From Moniliella sp. 'wahieum' (lineage: Eukaryota): a DNA stretch of 64,000 bases. This document shows positions 26,946 through 38,858 of this stretch, piece after piece (the stretch's first letter is position 1; each line of letters begins with the position of its first letter). Under the pieces are notes generated by a model. It was not told the origin of the DNA. It searched no databases and worked only from the letters and a program-made list of their open reading frames with translations. The stretch covers positions 62,001-126,000 of the forward strand of contig RSEE01000097.1 of assembly GCA_003971905.1 (NCBI GenBank), read 5' to 3'. The translations under genes were made by a program, and so were the position numbers.

Positions 26946-27084
26946 GACGGGGCTATGACGCATCTGGCGAGTGGGATGGATGGATGGATGGATGGATGGA
27001 TGGATGGGAGCAGAGGGGAGGAGAGGCATGCTGGTGCGCTGCACGCGTTCGTTTGGGGGGAGTGCCAAGGCTGGTGGGATGCGT
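26946..27084 (-). repeat. Dispersed repeat copy B with (GGAT)n core, inverted relative to 9751-10005
   Basis: Reverse complement matches both flanks of copy A. It lacks about 100 bp of internal sequence present in copy A. Confidence 0.8.
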
Positions 27085-28045
27085 GCAGCAGAGGACGGGC
27101 GAGTGCTGTGGCGGAGCACCAAGTGGCGGGTCGATTGGGGGGTTGCAATGTTGAAGCTTGCACACGCGGCGGGTGTGCGTTGTGGGTTGTGCAGTGTGCG
27201 CTGGGGGGCCTTGCAATTTCACTTTGGACGCGTCGATCTGGCGGGATGCGTGACGGGTGATGCCCCGCATTTGGGCTGGGGTTGTTGAGCTGGCTGCGGT
27301 GAACGCGGTGGGGGTGCGCACTGGTCCGCATCCTTATGAGTAGCCCTGAGCCTCAGCACCTCAGCCCCCGCCCGCCCTTTGTTCACTTGTTGGCGCCCCC
27401 CAAACGACAGCGACAGCACTGACGTATGTCTGCATCCGAATCCGCGCACCTATGCTGCCACACTGCTCTGGTGCGCCTCTGGTGTCTGTCGTGAGGCTGC
27501 CCCCCGGGCGGCTGTGCGGGTGCTGCCGCTCAGTAGTACGCAGCCATTATACGCAGGCACTCATCCCTGCTAGTAGTCCCTCAGTCTGCCAACCACAGGT
27601 GGGACTGCACAGCGGCATGCAGCCCCAGATGGCATGCCCTGCTATAAAGGCCATCCCCATCCCAACCATGATCAGCAGCAGCATCCCTCTTCCCTCACGT
27701 TGATACACTGCCCCCGCTGGCGTGCCCCGCTGCTGGTCTGCACGCGCCTCCTCTTCGCTTCGCCTTCGCTTCCTCTTCGCTTCCCCAGCACTTCCTCCTC
27801 TCCGCCTAGGCACCCCACTGCCTCTCCGCCTAGCACCCACTGCGCGCCTCGGCCCTCAGCACGCCGCCGCCCCTCGTTACTATTGGCGCAGCACCTCTGT
27901 TTTCTTCATATTCATCATCTGCATCCACATCAGCGTCCATATCCGCATCGCTACCCGCATCTCTCCTGCGCCATCCTCAGTATCATCATCCCTGTACTCT
28001 TCACTCACCCACCTCCCCTCCCATATCATCATCAGTTCCCGCGCC

Positions 28046-31000
28046 ATGTCACCAATCGACCCCGACCACCATGCACCACGACCCAGCCCCCACCCAGACG
28101 GCACCTGGGGCCTCTACCACCCCGACCTGACCTTGTACCCCGTCCTCCCCATCCCGCCCATCCCTCCCGCCCACCACACGCCGTCGGCCGTTGTGCGGCG
28201 CATCACTGCCGCCCAGTACGCGTCGCTTCAGCGGCAATTTGACCAAGCCGAGGTGCCTGGCCCCATTGTCTTCCCCTGGCTCTATGGCGCTAACCAGCAC
28301 CACAGCCACGCATGCATGCACGCCCGACCTTACGGATCTGTTGCATACGCATCCACGGGGCGTAGAGCCGCCCAAGTTCCGGGAATGGTCACCCTTCGTG
28401 CTGACATGCCCGCACCGCACGACATGTTCCGGTACCCCGCCGCCGTCCACCTGTCTGTGCCTACCTCTTCCACTCCGCTCGGTACCTGCTCAGAAGGGGA
28501 GGGGAAGGAGGAGGAGGAGGAGGAGGAGGAGGAGGAGGGGGGGAAGAGGAGGAAGAGGAGGATGGATGTCTCCTTGCTATTCCCACCCAGTGGGAAGGCC
28601 CAGGATCCATCAGTACACTTACCTCGTCCATTGACAGTCTCAGTCGGTGTTCGGGCCGGTTGTCGTTCGGTGAGCGCGTCAGTGTGGAGTCGACGACCAG
28701 TATGGACACTGATAGCGAATGGTGTTCGCCCTTGTGCAAGACAACCGAGCTGGATGAAAGCAAAGAACACGATGGGTGTTTGTGCCAGATGGCCTCGGGC
28801 ACGACACCAAGTGTCTCACCCTACCCCCATCCTCGCTTTCCCATGCTCTTGCACACTCAAGGTTGGTGTGCCATTCGCGCGGCTTGGCCGGGGGAGAGCA
28901 GGATACATATATCCCCCAGCCCAGTCATTCCCTGTTGGTGGATACCTCCGATCGCGAATGATTCTTTATGCACCGACGGCCAACACTGGCAAACCAACGG
29001 GGAAGACCGGTTGCAATGCTGGCTTTCAGACTGTAGGCTCTCCCTCGGGCAATGGGGATGACATGCTCACGGACACACTGGGAATATCCGCCCGTTTCCT
29101 CCCATGGCTAATAGGCCGCTGACGCCAGACGCTGTCTACGACCTGCACAACTTTGCAGGACACTACTCTCTTTTCCCGCATTTCTGATATCTTCATCTAC
29201 TGTCCCGCGGGTCTTCACAGCGGTATGCTTCAACTTGCGCAATGGGTTGCGCAGGCGCAGCAGGCGCAGCGGCACGAAGTAGCTTCAGTGTGGGGCGAAG
29301 CGACTGCGTCGATGGAGTACAATGTGTTTGTCATTGAAGATGCATTTGATGCGTTCGAGCGCCATTTCCCTTCGCTCGTCGAGGTCGGTGCCAATGGGCA
29401 GGTACATCGTTCTCTTGATTTTACCGAGGACGAACGGGAACTGTTGTGCTTGCTCTCTCAAGCTACGGCAGTGTCGCCTAACGTATTCGTACGTCTTCCC
29501 CGCGACCATAAGGTAAAACTGATGAGGGTTGCGATGCTAACCTTCTTGGCTTGCGGTAGATTGGCGGCCCTGGCGACGCACCACAAGGGTACTACGAAGA
29601 AGGGCAGGCTCAGGTGGACAACCCAGCTGGGTATGCGATTGTCATCCGTGCGGAGTATGGTGCGTGTACGGCGGACCAGAAGGAGCTATACCATTCGACT
29701 CGATACTTGGAAGAAACAGAGGCACATGTGACCCAAGCGCTCCTGGAAGACCATTTGGAGATGAGCAGGGCAAATGCCAATGCAAATGCAAATGGCGACA
29801 CTGTTTTGGTCCCAGCGGAGGAAGTGACAGCATCCTGTCAACGCTACTGCCAAGGGGCCGGTGCTCTGAGTGAGCTATATTGTAACGCTTGTGCACCTAC
29901 CGACTCGGTATTGGAGGGGACAAGGTGATCGATATGGTCTTGTGGCTACACCATATGGCCGAGCCAGATTTCTTTGCCAGCGAGCAAGGTGCCAATCTAT
30001 GTGGGTCCACCTCCGCTTCCATTTCGCCTGCTCCGCTGCCCAGCCAATGGAGCAAAAAGATTCTAATTTACTCGGAGGATGGGTACATGGGAACATCGAT
30101 ATTGATGCTTACCTGGCTCATGTACCGCTACTCTTTCAACCTACCTCGCGCCATTATCTTTGCCCACACCGAAGCACTTCGCGAATTTCACCTGCAGCCG
30201 AGTCAAGTCCTGTTTCTGCGCACCATCGAAGCAAGGCTGCATGAACGTCTGTGTCTCGGCCTGACACCTACCCAGCAGACACCGTCAACCAGCCACGGCA
30301 CCAGTTCCCTTTCCCATCGCCGCGCTCGGGCGTGTTTGACCGACAGTCAAATCGCCGAAGAGTGTGTGCACCTTTGCAGTGCATCGTTCTTGGGTCCTAC
30401 TGTGGAGGAAGACATGGTCATTGAAGGGGAGTGGATCAACCACCCTCAATTTACCGGCTCGCTTGCCTCTCGTATCCTGCCCAACCTTTACCTGGGAGGG
30501 ACGGAGCACGCATGCAATGCTGCTCTGCTCTGTGCGCAGGGTATAACTCATGTTCTCTCAGTGGGCGAGTCGGCGCTGGTGCAATCCAAGCCGCACGATA
30601 CCACGCCCGACGGTCGACCTGATCAAACTACGCTCTGGGGTGCCCACGCACTAGGACTGGTAAACGTGTGCGAACTGCCCATCCTGCCCAGTCTGGCTGA
30701 GGACGAAGTCCACCCTCTGGCCACCACGTTGGCCCCAGCTGTAACCTACATCCACAACTGCATACAGCAAGGGGGTAAGGTCTGGTGCACAGCCATTCAG
30801 GCACCAATCGCAGCGTGACCATCTTGGCTTACCTCATGGCCTATCGCGGGGTCTCACTAGAAGATGCGTACTCGTACGTGCGCTCCCGTCGGCTCGGCAG
30901 GCAGATTAAGCCCAGCCTACTCGGCTTGTGGGAGCTGCGTACCTGGCACATGCTGTTGACTCGTCCCCACCCTCGGGACCCACTCAGACGGGATGACGGA

Positions 31001-31183
31001 AGACCCGGTCCAAGCCCAGGCTCAATCCGTCGACCCGGACGCGGACGACCGGCAATCAAATTTGGACTGGGACTCGGACCTTACGACGCAGACGACGCGC
31101 ACACGCCTGTGCGCCCCTCTTGGTTGTCCCTCGCGTGCTTGTTGGCTCGAGCCAGTAAGCTACGGTACGGTGTTGAAGGTTGA
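28046..31183 (+). CDS. PPS1: Pps1-like dual-specificity phosphatase, probably catalytically dead; intron ~29490-29559; frameshifted
   Basis: VRRITAAQY..VFPWLYG, SRISDIFIY, YNVFVIEDAF..FE..FPSLV, DFTEDERE, KILIYSEDGY, FTGSLASRILPNLYLG, GITHVLSVGE, P-loop KVLVHSHSGTNRS, AYLMAY..LEDAYSYVRSRRL. Confidence 0.85.
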
Positions 31184-31439
31184 AGGTTGAAGGTTGAAGT
31201 ACGGCGACCGTAACCGTAACCGTGGGTAACATGTACCAACAAAGCTGTTCTACTAAAAATAAAAAGGGTTCTGCTGGCAGAAACCCTTTACCTTCTTGTT
31301 TCCGAGAGAGAGTGGGTTTTGTTTGTTTGTTTTTTGTTGTTGTTTGGTCTTGTGCCGTTTGTGGTTTCGTTTGATTCCAATCCATACCTCACTCTTCTTT
31401 TTCGTTTTGCTCGATCGCCACGCATCCGTCGCGTACACC

Positions 31440-31532
31440 ACATCCGTCGTATCCGTCGTATCCGTCGTATCCGTCGTATCCGTCGTATCCGTCGTATCCG
31501 TCTTGGTCTTGGTCTTGGTCTTGGTCTTCTTG
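31440..31532. repeat. Compound microsatellite (ATCCGTCGT)n + (GTCTTG)n
   Basis: Directly visible tandem 9-mers followed by 6-mers. Confidence 0.95.
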
Positions 31533-32683
31533 GCCGATCTCCTCTTCCCCCTCACCTCAGGTGGTACCCACTGCCCCACTGTATACTTTTTTTTTCATAT
31601 CTTGTTGTACCGTTCCAGTTTCGTCTTCCGTCATATTCATACACCAGTGATATTCAGCTGGTACCTTCTTGCACCTTTTTGCATCTATCCCTCTTAGGCC
31701 TTATTCAATGGTTTGTTTTGTTTTGTTCTCTCTTCTCTTTTTATCTTGTTGTCTTTTTTCTTTTTTATATTTTGCTCGCCGCTCCATTCCACCCGTGGCC
31801 GTTGATCGTTGATCGCTTATCTCGTTTGTCGCGTACGTTTATCCCCGAAGGAAGACGTACCGCGCAGCCACGCAGCCACGCACCCACGCACCCAGGTCCA
31901 GAGTGCGATCCGGTACCCTACTGTGTCCACTGGTGAGTGTATCCATCAGTGTAGGACAGCAAAACTACTGTATAGGAGTATGGCTGGGAGGCGAGAGCGA
32001 TGGGCTGCAGTCGGCCTCCTGCAGTGCTTTTCCTCGCGGGTCTCAACCCAAAGTTTTCTATAACGTCTCTTCTCTTAACTAGCTTAACTTTCCTACTAGT
32101 GTAGCACCAATATTCAATTCGCCATCACGCCGGTATGACCTGCGCGACCATGGTCGTATTACATAGATGGCCTTGCTGCCACGGATCAACAATCCAGTAT
32201 AATATGAGGACAAATCGTCGACGCGACCTAAATGTCATCGCACTGTTCGGTCCGACTGACCACTGACCAACCGGGCGGGCCATGACGCACCGAGACATTC
32301 TACCGGGGGCGGGGGCGGCAAACGCTATAGCAATACACGGGAGAGGGCAAGCGGCATAGAGCGTTGAATTGTACAAGCTATGCTGAAACGCATCAGCTGG
32401 TAGCGGCATACGGGTCCTAGGGGGATGAGCTACCAGCAATCCACGCACGTGCTCCGTCCGTGGGGGCAGGGCAGCACAACACATCACCATCGAGCGCCGC
32501 AAGGTGTCCAGCAAGGGACGTGGGGCAGCGCCGATGGCGCGCGTATTTTGGGGAGGGGAGGGCGGTATGATGGAAAATGACTGAACGAGGGGGGGGGGGG
32601 GACGATGGTAGCAAGGGCTACCAAGACGGAGAGCAGAACAAGGAGGAAAATAGGGAGCCTGTCTACCGAGTAGGGCTTCCTAG

Positions 32684-33153
32684 TTACTCGTCGTCCTCCT
32701 CCTTTCCTCCTCGGACTCCTCCTCAGACTCTTCCTCGGCCTGCTTCTCGAGGCAAGCGACCGCAATACGATCCAGGTCACGCATGCCGTCTGCGAGATCC
32801 GACGACCACCTTAGGGTCTTCTCGAGCACGCCAATGCTCTCCAGGGCCTGGACGACCTTACGCTGGACCGAGCCCGAGGCGTCAGCGTGCTTCGAGGGAC
32901 GGTACCACGGTTCTGCGCACCCCCTGGTACTTCTGCAGCGCACCAATGCAACACTCTTACGCAGGTAAATGTGCCGGGCGACAGCGGCGGCACGAACGTA
33001 GAACCACGTCTCGTCGTACGGAGCAAGCTCCTTGTACGCACCCGTCTTGACAATGTCAACCCACGTCGGCAACTCAATCTTGCCCGAGCGACGGAGGTGC
33101 TCAGCGTACTCCTGAATGAACAGGTCGGCAGCAACGTCACGAACGTTAGGCAT
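32684..33153 (-). CDS. RPS19: 40S ribosomal protein S19 (eS19); probable 5'UTR intron 33159-33330
   Basis: MPNVRDVAADLFIQEYAEHLRRSGKIELPTWVDIVKTGAYKELAPYDETWFYVRAAAVARHIYLRK...RPSKHADASGSVQRKVVQALESIGVLEK..GMRDLDRIA, then an acidic tail. Several 1-nt indels. UTR intron on the minus strand: GTGCGT...ACTGAC...TACAG|CCACCATG. Confidence 0.97.
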
Positions 33154-34343
33154 GGTGGCTGTACAGCGGACCAAGAGGTAACAGGTAAACAAGGAAACAG
33201 GTAACAGGTCAGTCCGACGAGGTCCGGGCAGGGCACTGGTGCGCTACGCAGGCAGCGCATGCGCACAGCGGAGGACATAGCATGGCCCCGCACGGGCGCG
33301 CCGAGGGCCAGGAAAGGGTGGGAGACGCACTGGATACTGAGGTAGCTTGGCGGCAACGGGTAACGGGTAACCTCTTGTCGGCAGCGGCAAAGCAAGTGGA
33401 GCGGCCAAGGGACCCAGGCGGCGGTGGACGGGTCGGGTTGCGGGTGTTGAGCTTGCGCCGTGTGCCGCAGCATTTAGTAGGGTTGGGTCCTTTGTTTTTT
33501 CTTGTGTGATGTTCGATGATCGTCATCGATCGTCACTAGTCACTAGCCACTTGCGACATACACGTTGCACCGAGCGCCTTTCCGCCCACAACAGCGGAAG
33601 GAAGGTTGGGATTGTGTGGGGTATACAGCCAGGGTTGCTAGTGCATGATGCATGATGCATGAGCATGAGGATCTGAGATCTGGATCTGTGATCGATGATC
33701 GATGATCAACGAGATTGGAGGGGCCTCAGATCCACCAACCCCCCTCCCCTAGATTACCATGGCCCCTGCTCACTTTGGGCTTCAAAGCTTCCTTGCAGCC
33801 CACTGATGGCCGCCTGCCTTGCCCACCGACCCGGAAAATCGTTGTCCGATCCTATGTCCAACTGGATATGGGCAATGGAGTTTCTCTCACTGGGCACAGA
33901 CACACCAAACCCACTGATTCGCCCAATGAAGATTTGACATTGCCTCTACACAACAGGAGCAGTCGACGCGTTGTGTCTGTTGTCCACATCGCACAAAGGT
34001 GCTATACCACAAAGCAACAGGAGAGCTTGCAACTAACAGACAGATTATCGGGAGCGATTCCAAGGCAAGCAGGGGGGATAGAGTAGGAAATCAGGGTATA
34101 TAGAGGGGGAAGAAACGAGGGTGGTAACTAGTAGTAGGAGTAGGGAGGAGTATAGGCAGTTGAGATGGAAATGCGGTAGTGGAGGGGAGTGGGTAATGCC
34201 GGGGGGCAAAAACGTCACCCGATCGTCAGAATACGACTCACGTTGGCAATTTGGCAAGGGACTGAGGCGTGACAACGTTTTTGGTACTGTAGCAAAGGCA
34301 AAAAAAAGAGAGAAAGAAAGAAGTGGACGTTCTTCAATTTGGT

Positions 34344-37300
34344 TCAAGCAGGGATAGAGCTAGCCCATGCCAGAGCCGCTAGAGCAGGTCCATTATCATC
34401 ACGGAAACGCAATATTCCGTCGCTGTCCGCCTCGTCCAAGCCTTTTGCCCACGGAGAACCATAGACTGTTGCACCGCGAACGCCCGTCCTTCCCGATCGA
34501 AGCGCATGCCCGGAGGAAAAGCCGTGCCCAAGGATAACGTCGAGAGCCGCGCTGTGGCTCGCGACATGGAGGCTGGCGTTCCGTTTGCCGCAGCGGCAGC
34601 TGGAACGCTAGCCAAGTCTTGGGTCAACAAACCAATCAGCACATCAGGTCCTCTACGATGGCCGAGAGCGAGTCGATGGTGGCTTTGTGGCCGGTTTGGG
34701 CTGTAGGAGCAGGAACAAGTGGCAAGCCAGCTTGGCTTGACGTACTTGAACTCGAGGGGGGAGGCAGTAACGTGGAAAAAGTTGGAGTTCCAGACCCCAA
34801 GCTCGGTGGGTTGATTTGCGAAGGTTCGGTGGCGCTGAATGCCTGTCCCGTTCCCCCACTTGAACGTGCCCCCACTGACCCTGAGCTGCTGCGAGACTCC
34901 GACTCGGGCGCGGTTGTCGATGTCGACGGAATGGGCGGTAAGGGACTGTTGGTCAGTGTGTTGGGCCCGGCCGAGTATCCCGGGGTAGCCAACAGAATGG
35001 ACTCGATCATTCGTTTAGTTTTTTGGAGCAAAAGGCAGGCCTGGTCGAGGCTTTGGCGGGATGCCAAGAGAAGACTGCGAGTGATCATCTCGTTGGCTAG
35101 GATTTCAAACCGGCGACGGGTCACTTGGGCATTGGCCAGAGCGGCTACTGTGGCAGGTGGCAAGGAGGAAATGGTATCAGGTTTGGAACCATCAATCTCT
35201 ACTGCGAGTTTGACTGGTCCATCGGGGTGGAGACGGGTGGAAGCTTGGAGCGGTCGAGGGGTCCCGGAACGTCAAATCCGCCTCCAGAACCATCACCTCT
35301 TCCAAAAGTCCATCCCAAACGCAATGTTGGCCGCGGCCAACATGGGAGACACAGGGCCCGGACTGAGCATAGCCGGGTCAAACCCAAATTGGACCAGGTA
35401 GTCATCCGATGCGTCAAGGGCCGTATGAGCACGCCTCTCTTCCCTTGACCGACGGGGGACCGATCCATCCGTCGACGCTCGCGAGCCCTCCAACGGCGGT
35501 GCCAACGAGGAATAAAGCTGACCAAAGTTGTACTCCAACTCTAGGAGGATCTCCCTGGTATCACCAAAATGAACCATACCCAGGTCCACGTCCACTTTCT
35601 TTCCGTCGGCTGAGACGACGATCGCAGTAGCGCCCACTGCACGACGGACACGCATCTCGTTGTTCTCCGGTAGACTGATTCGAATCACCACATCCGTCAA
35701 GGCGACCGACAACAACGATCCCACGCACCCGGCTGCCGCTCGCGTAGGTCTGCAAAGCGGTGAACGAAAGTGTAAGTACCACCAGTGTGGTTGGAGATGA
35801 GCCACATGGACGAAGGGTCGTGCTTGGAGCCCAAACCAAAACAGTGGATTGGCACGCCTGCCAATTCGGAGCGGCTCAAGACGAGGTCCATCGATGCTCT
35901 CCTGGGCGCCGAAGCCGAATCGTCAATCAACATCATGCCCGCCACGGGGTTCTTGGAGACACGTTGCAACATCACATCCAAACCCACATTCAATGCACTG
36001 GTGGAATCGATCCGGTCTGGGTTGGCCCCGGCACCAGCATACTGCGACAGGTCCTCAACGTACGGCTCGGACGACTCCAGTACCCGCGCCGCCAAGAGAT
36101 CTAGAAACTCGACCAAGTCGCTCGGCTGCTCTCCACCCCCACCCGTAGCAATCTCGTCTTGGCCACAAACCCGCCGTGCGAGCGCAAGCCCGGACGAAAG
36201 GCGACCAAACTGATCCGATCCCGTTCTCCCAGCGAGTCAACCAAAAACTGAAGCGTCGACCGTACCAGGCCCAGCTTGAGCGAATCCGATGCGCCACCAA
36301 CAGGATCCGGCAGCGGCGGAACGGCAACCATGATGATCAAGTCAACCGCCGTGTGGGGGTACAGGCGTGGTGGGTCGACGCTAGGGTCGTATCCCAATAC
36401 GGAGCGCCAATCAGGCACATCGGATCGGAGAGGCAACCCTGGCAAAGGTAGGTTGGCCAACGAAAGGGGCTTGGCCGACGAAGAGCCGGCGACCAAGGCG
36501 CGGCGAGGAGAGGACGGTGCTGGCTGCTGACCGATGCGACGACTGGCGCGAAAGGGGAGGGCGGTAGGACGAGGTGCTTGAGCGAGAAGGATTGTCATCA
36601 TCAAGTGCTGGGTCGACATGGGGGCCATCAAAGCCAGGTGGCATAGGAAACGATTCTGTTGCATCCGATTTGCCAGCCAAATCGTGCGGAAGGACAAGAC
36701 GACTTGTGGCTAGGATGGTGGATTGCATCCATCAAGGCAGAAATTTGTTCCTTCCAGACGGTTGCTTGGCGCTCGCTGTCAAAGACGATGACAAACTCAT
36801 CCATGTTCGGATCAATCATGCGGATGCTCACAGATGGTTGCTCCGCGGACGACGTATTGGCCACGAACGGATATGGCGCAGATATATTCGACCCTTGAGT
36901 CGGAGGCACGATTTGGAGGACGAAGCAATGGGCGCTGGATCGTTCGGAGGCCCTTCTAGCGCACACAGAATGGCCTGTTCAAATAGATAAACCCAAAACT
37001 TGCGCACCACCTGATCTTGGAAGATGCTCAACGAATCCATCAAGTACAGTTCGCCAAAATGAGTCAAATTGTGACCTTTCCAATCAAGCATGTGCGTCTT
37101 CAGATCCTCCTTGACTTGCTTGCGAAGCCCGTCTTCGGAAGCGGGCAACATTCCCAGCCCGGCGGCAGGCGGCAACAGTCTCCCATGATGCCGAAGCGAC
37201 TTAGGCCCTACCAAGTTAACGAGGTGGTCACGCTGCACAGAGGAAGAAGAGGAAGAAGCAGCAGCAGCGTCCTCTTCAGGGAGGTCATAGAGCGTTTTGG

Positions 37301-38858
37301 TGATCCGAGGGTATTCCCTGCTCTCGCCCTCTGCACTTGGAAGGCTAAAACCCAGGCCGTCCGGAACAGGGGAAAGTGCTTGGTGCAGCCCTTTCCTGCG
37401 CCGCGGGGATGCCCCGAGCGGAGGGGATGTGACGAGCGAATGGACGCTCATTGGGTGGAGACTGCTCACCCCACTGCTAATGCTAGGTCTCCGATGCGGA
37501 TCGCTCATCTCGGATGCTGGGCGACGCCCTGGGACAGCCACAACGACAACAGTTGTCAGTGTTTGTTTTCCATCCGCCGTGGGTGGGTCACGGCGAGTAA
37601 GTGTACCAAATTCAGGCTCGATGGTCAATGTGGGCTTGAGGATGGGTCCGCTGGACCGGATCGGCTCAGCCCTGTCGTCTCCATTACTGTCCAGCAATGC
37701 GTATGGGTAATGGACGAAGCAGGAGACGATAACGATTCCTCACGACGCCAGACGATTCCATCATGCCAGTCAAGCGCCCCGACTTGGTCCCGCTGAGGGG
37801 ATCAGCGTTCAGCTCGACACGTCGGCGACATACGTGGCACACCAGTTGTTCATTTTCCTGGCCCGGAGCAAGACTACTGGGATCTTTTTTGCTCTTGAGT
37901 AGATTCCCAAATCTCTCTTGGTGCCGCTGATGGGCGAGGATGGTCTTGGATCGCCATACGTGATGGTAAAGCACTCATAGTGAACAGTGTGGCCACAGAC
38001 GGGTTGGACATGCGGCCGCTCACCTTGCAGCCGCAACGACAAGGGCTCCAGACAGAGGGGGCATTCGGGCTCGTTGGTGATATCAAGGACCGACTGGCTG
38101 CGGCTCAACGTGTCGTGGGAGACAGGCTCAACTAGGCGAGAAAGGGAACGGGCAGGTGGATCACCCCACTGCCAGGCGAACCATTGGCGGGCGGGGTGAT
38201 TGCTGTGCCCCGATTGAGCCTGTTAGCAACATCGGATTCAGGGTGGGTGCAAGGACAGGCGTGGCGGCAGGAGCGGGATGCCTGTGATCCCTGCGATTGA
38301 ACACAGAAGGGAAACCAAATAGACTGGTCCGTTTGGTCTTGGATTTGGCTTTGGGGGCAAGTTTGGAGTCGAATGTCTTTGGGGCGGCCTGGAGGGGGGA
38401 TGCCATTGTCGGGACAGACTCTCCGATGAGGCGCTCGAGTTTGGAGCGGGACGGGAAGGACCTGCTGGGCTCGGTGGAGCTGGCGGACATGGTCAAGGAT
38501 GGGCTGCTGTGGCTGCTGATGCTGCCTCCGGCGGGTAGAGACCAGATGTGGTGGTTCGGGCGGTGGCTGTGGGGAAGGAAGGGAATCACAAACATGGTCA
38601 GCGATACTGCGCCCTACCCCATTACGCATGATCATTGCACGATGGCCAAAACTGCGCGCCGTGTTGGGAGAAGAGAAGAACGGTGGGCGTTGCCTGGGGC
38701 GCGTGGCCCCCGGAGCCAGAGGAAGAGACACGTACCAGTGAGGGTTGCTGTTCCATGGGGAGGGGCCGTGAGGGATCGGGGGGAGGGAGGGCGAGGCGGG
38801 GCGATGGGGCAGGTGCTTGGAGGGCCAGGCGACGAGGGGGCTTCTGGTGGCGGAACAT
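34344..38858 (-). CDS. FAR1: Far1/Ste5-like scaffold, RING-H2 + PH + vWA, copy B; frameshifted
   Basis: QSVLDITNEPECPLCLEPLSLRLQGERPHVQPVCGHTVHYECF..CHVCR. DWKGHNLTHFGELYLMDSLSIFQD..LRLKGRIYLRHI. AVDLIIMVAVP..LVDSLGERDRISLVAF..ALNVGLDVMLQR..IHCFGLG. AVQQSMVLRGQKAW..DNGPALAAL. Confidence 0.82.
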
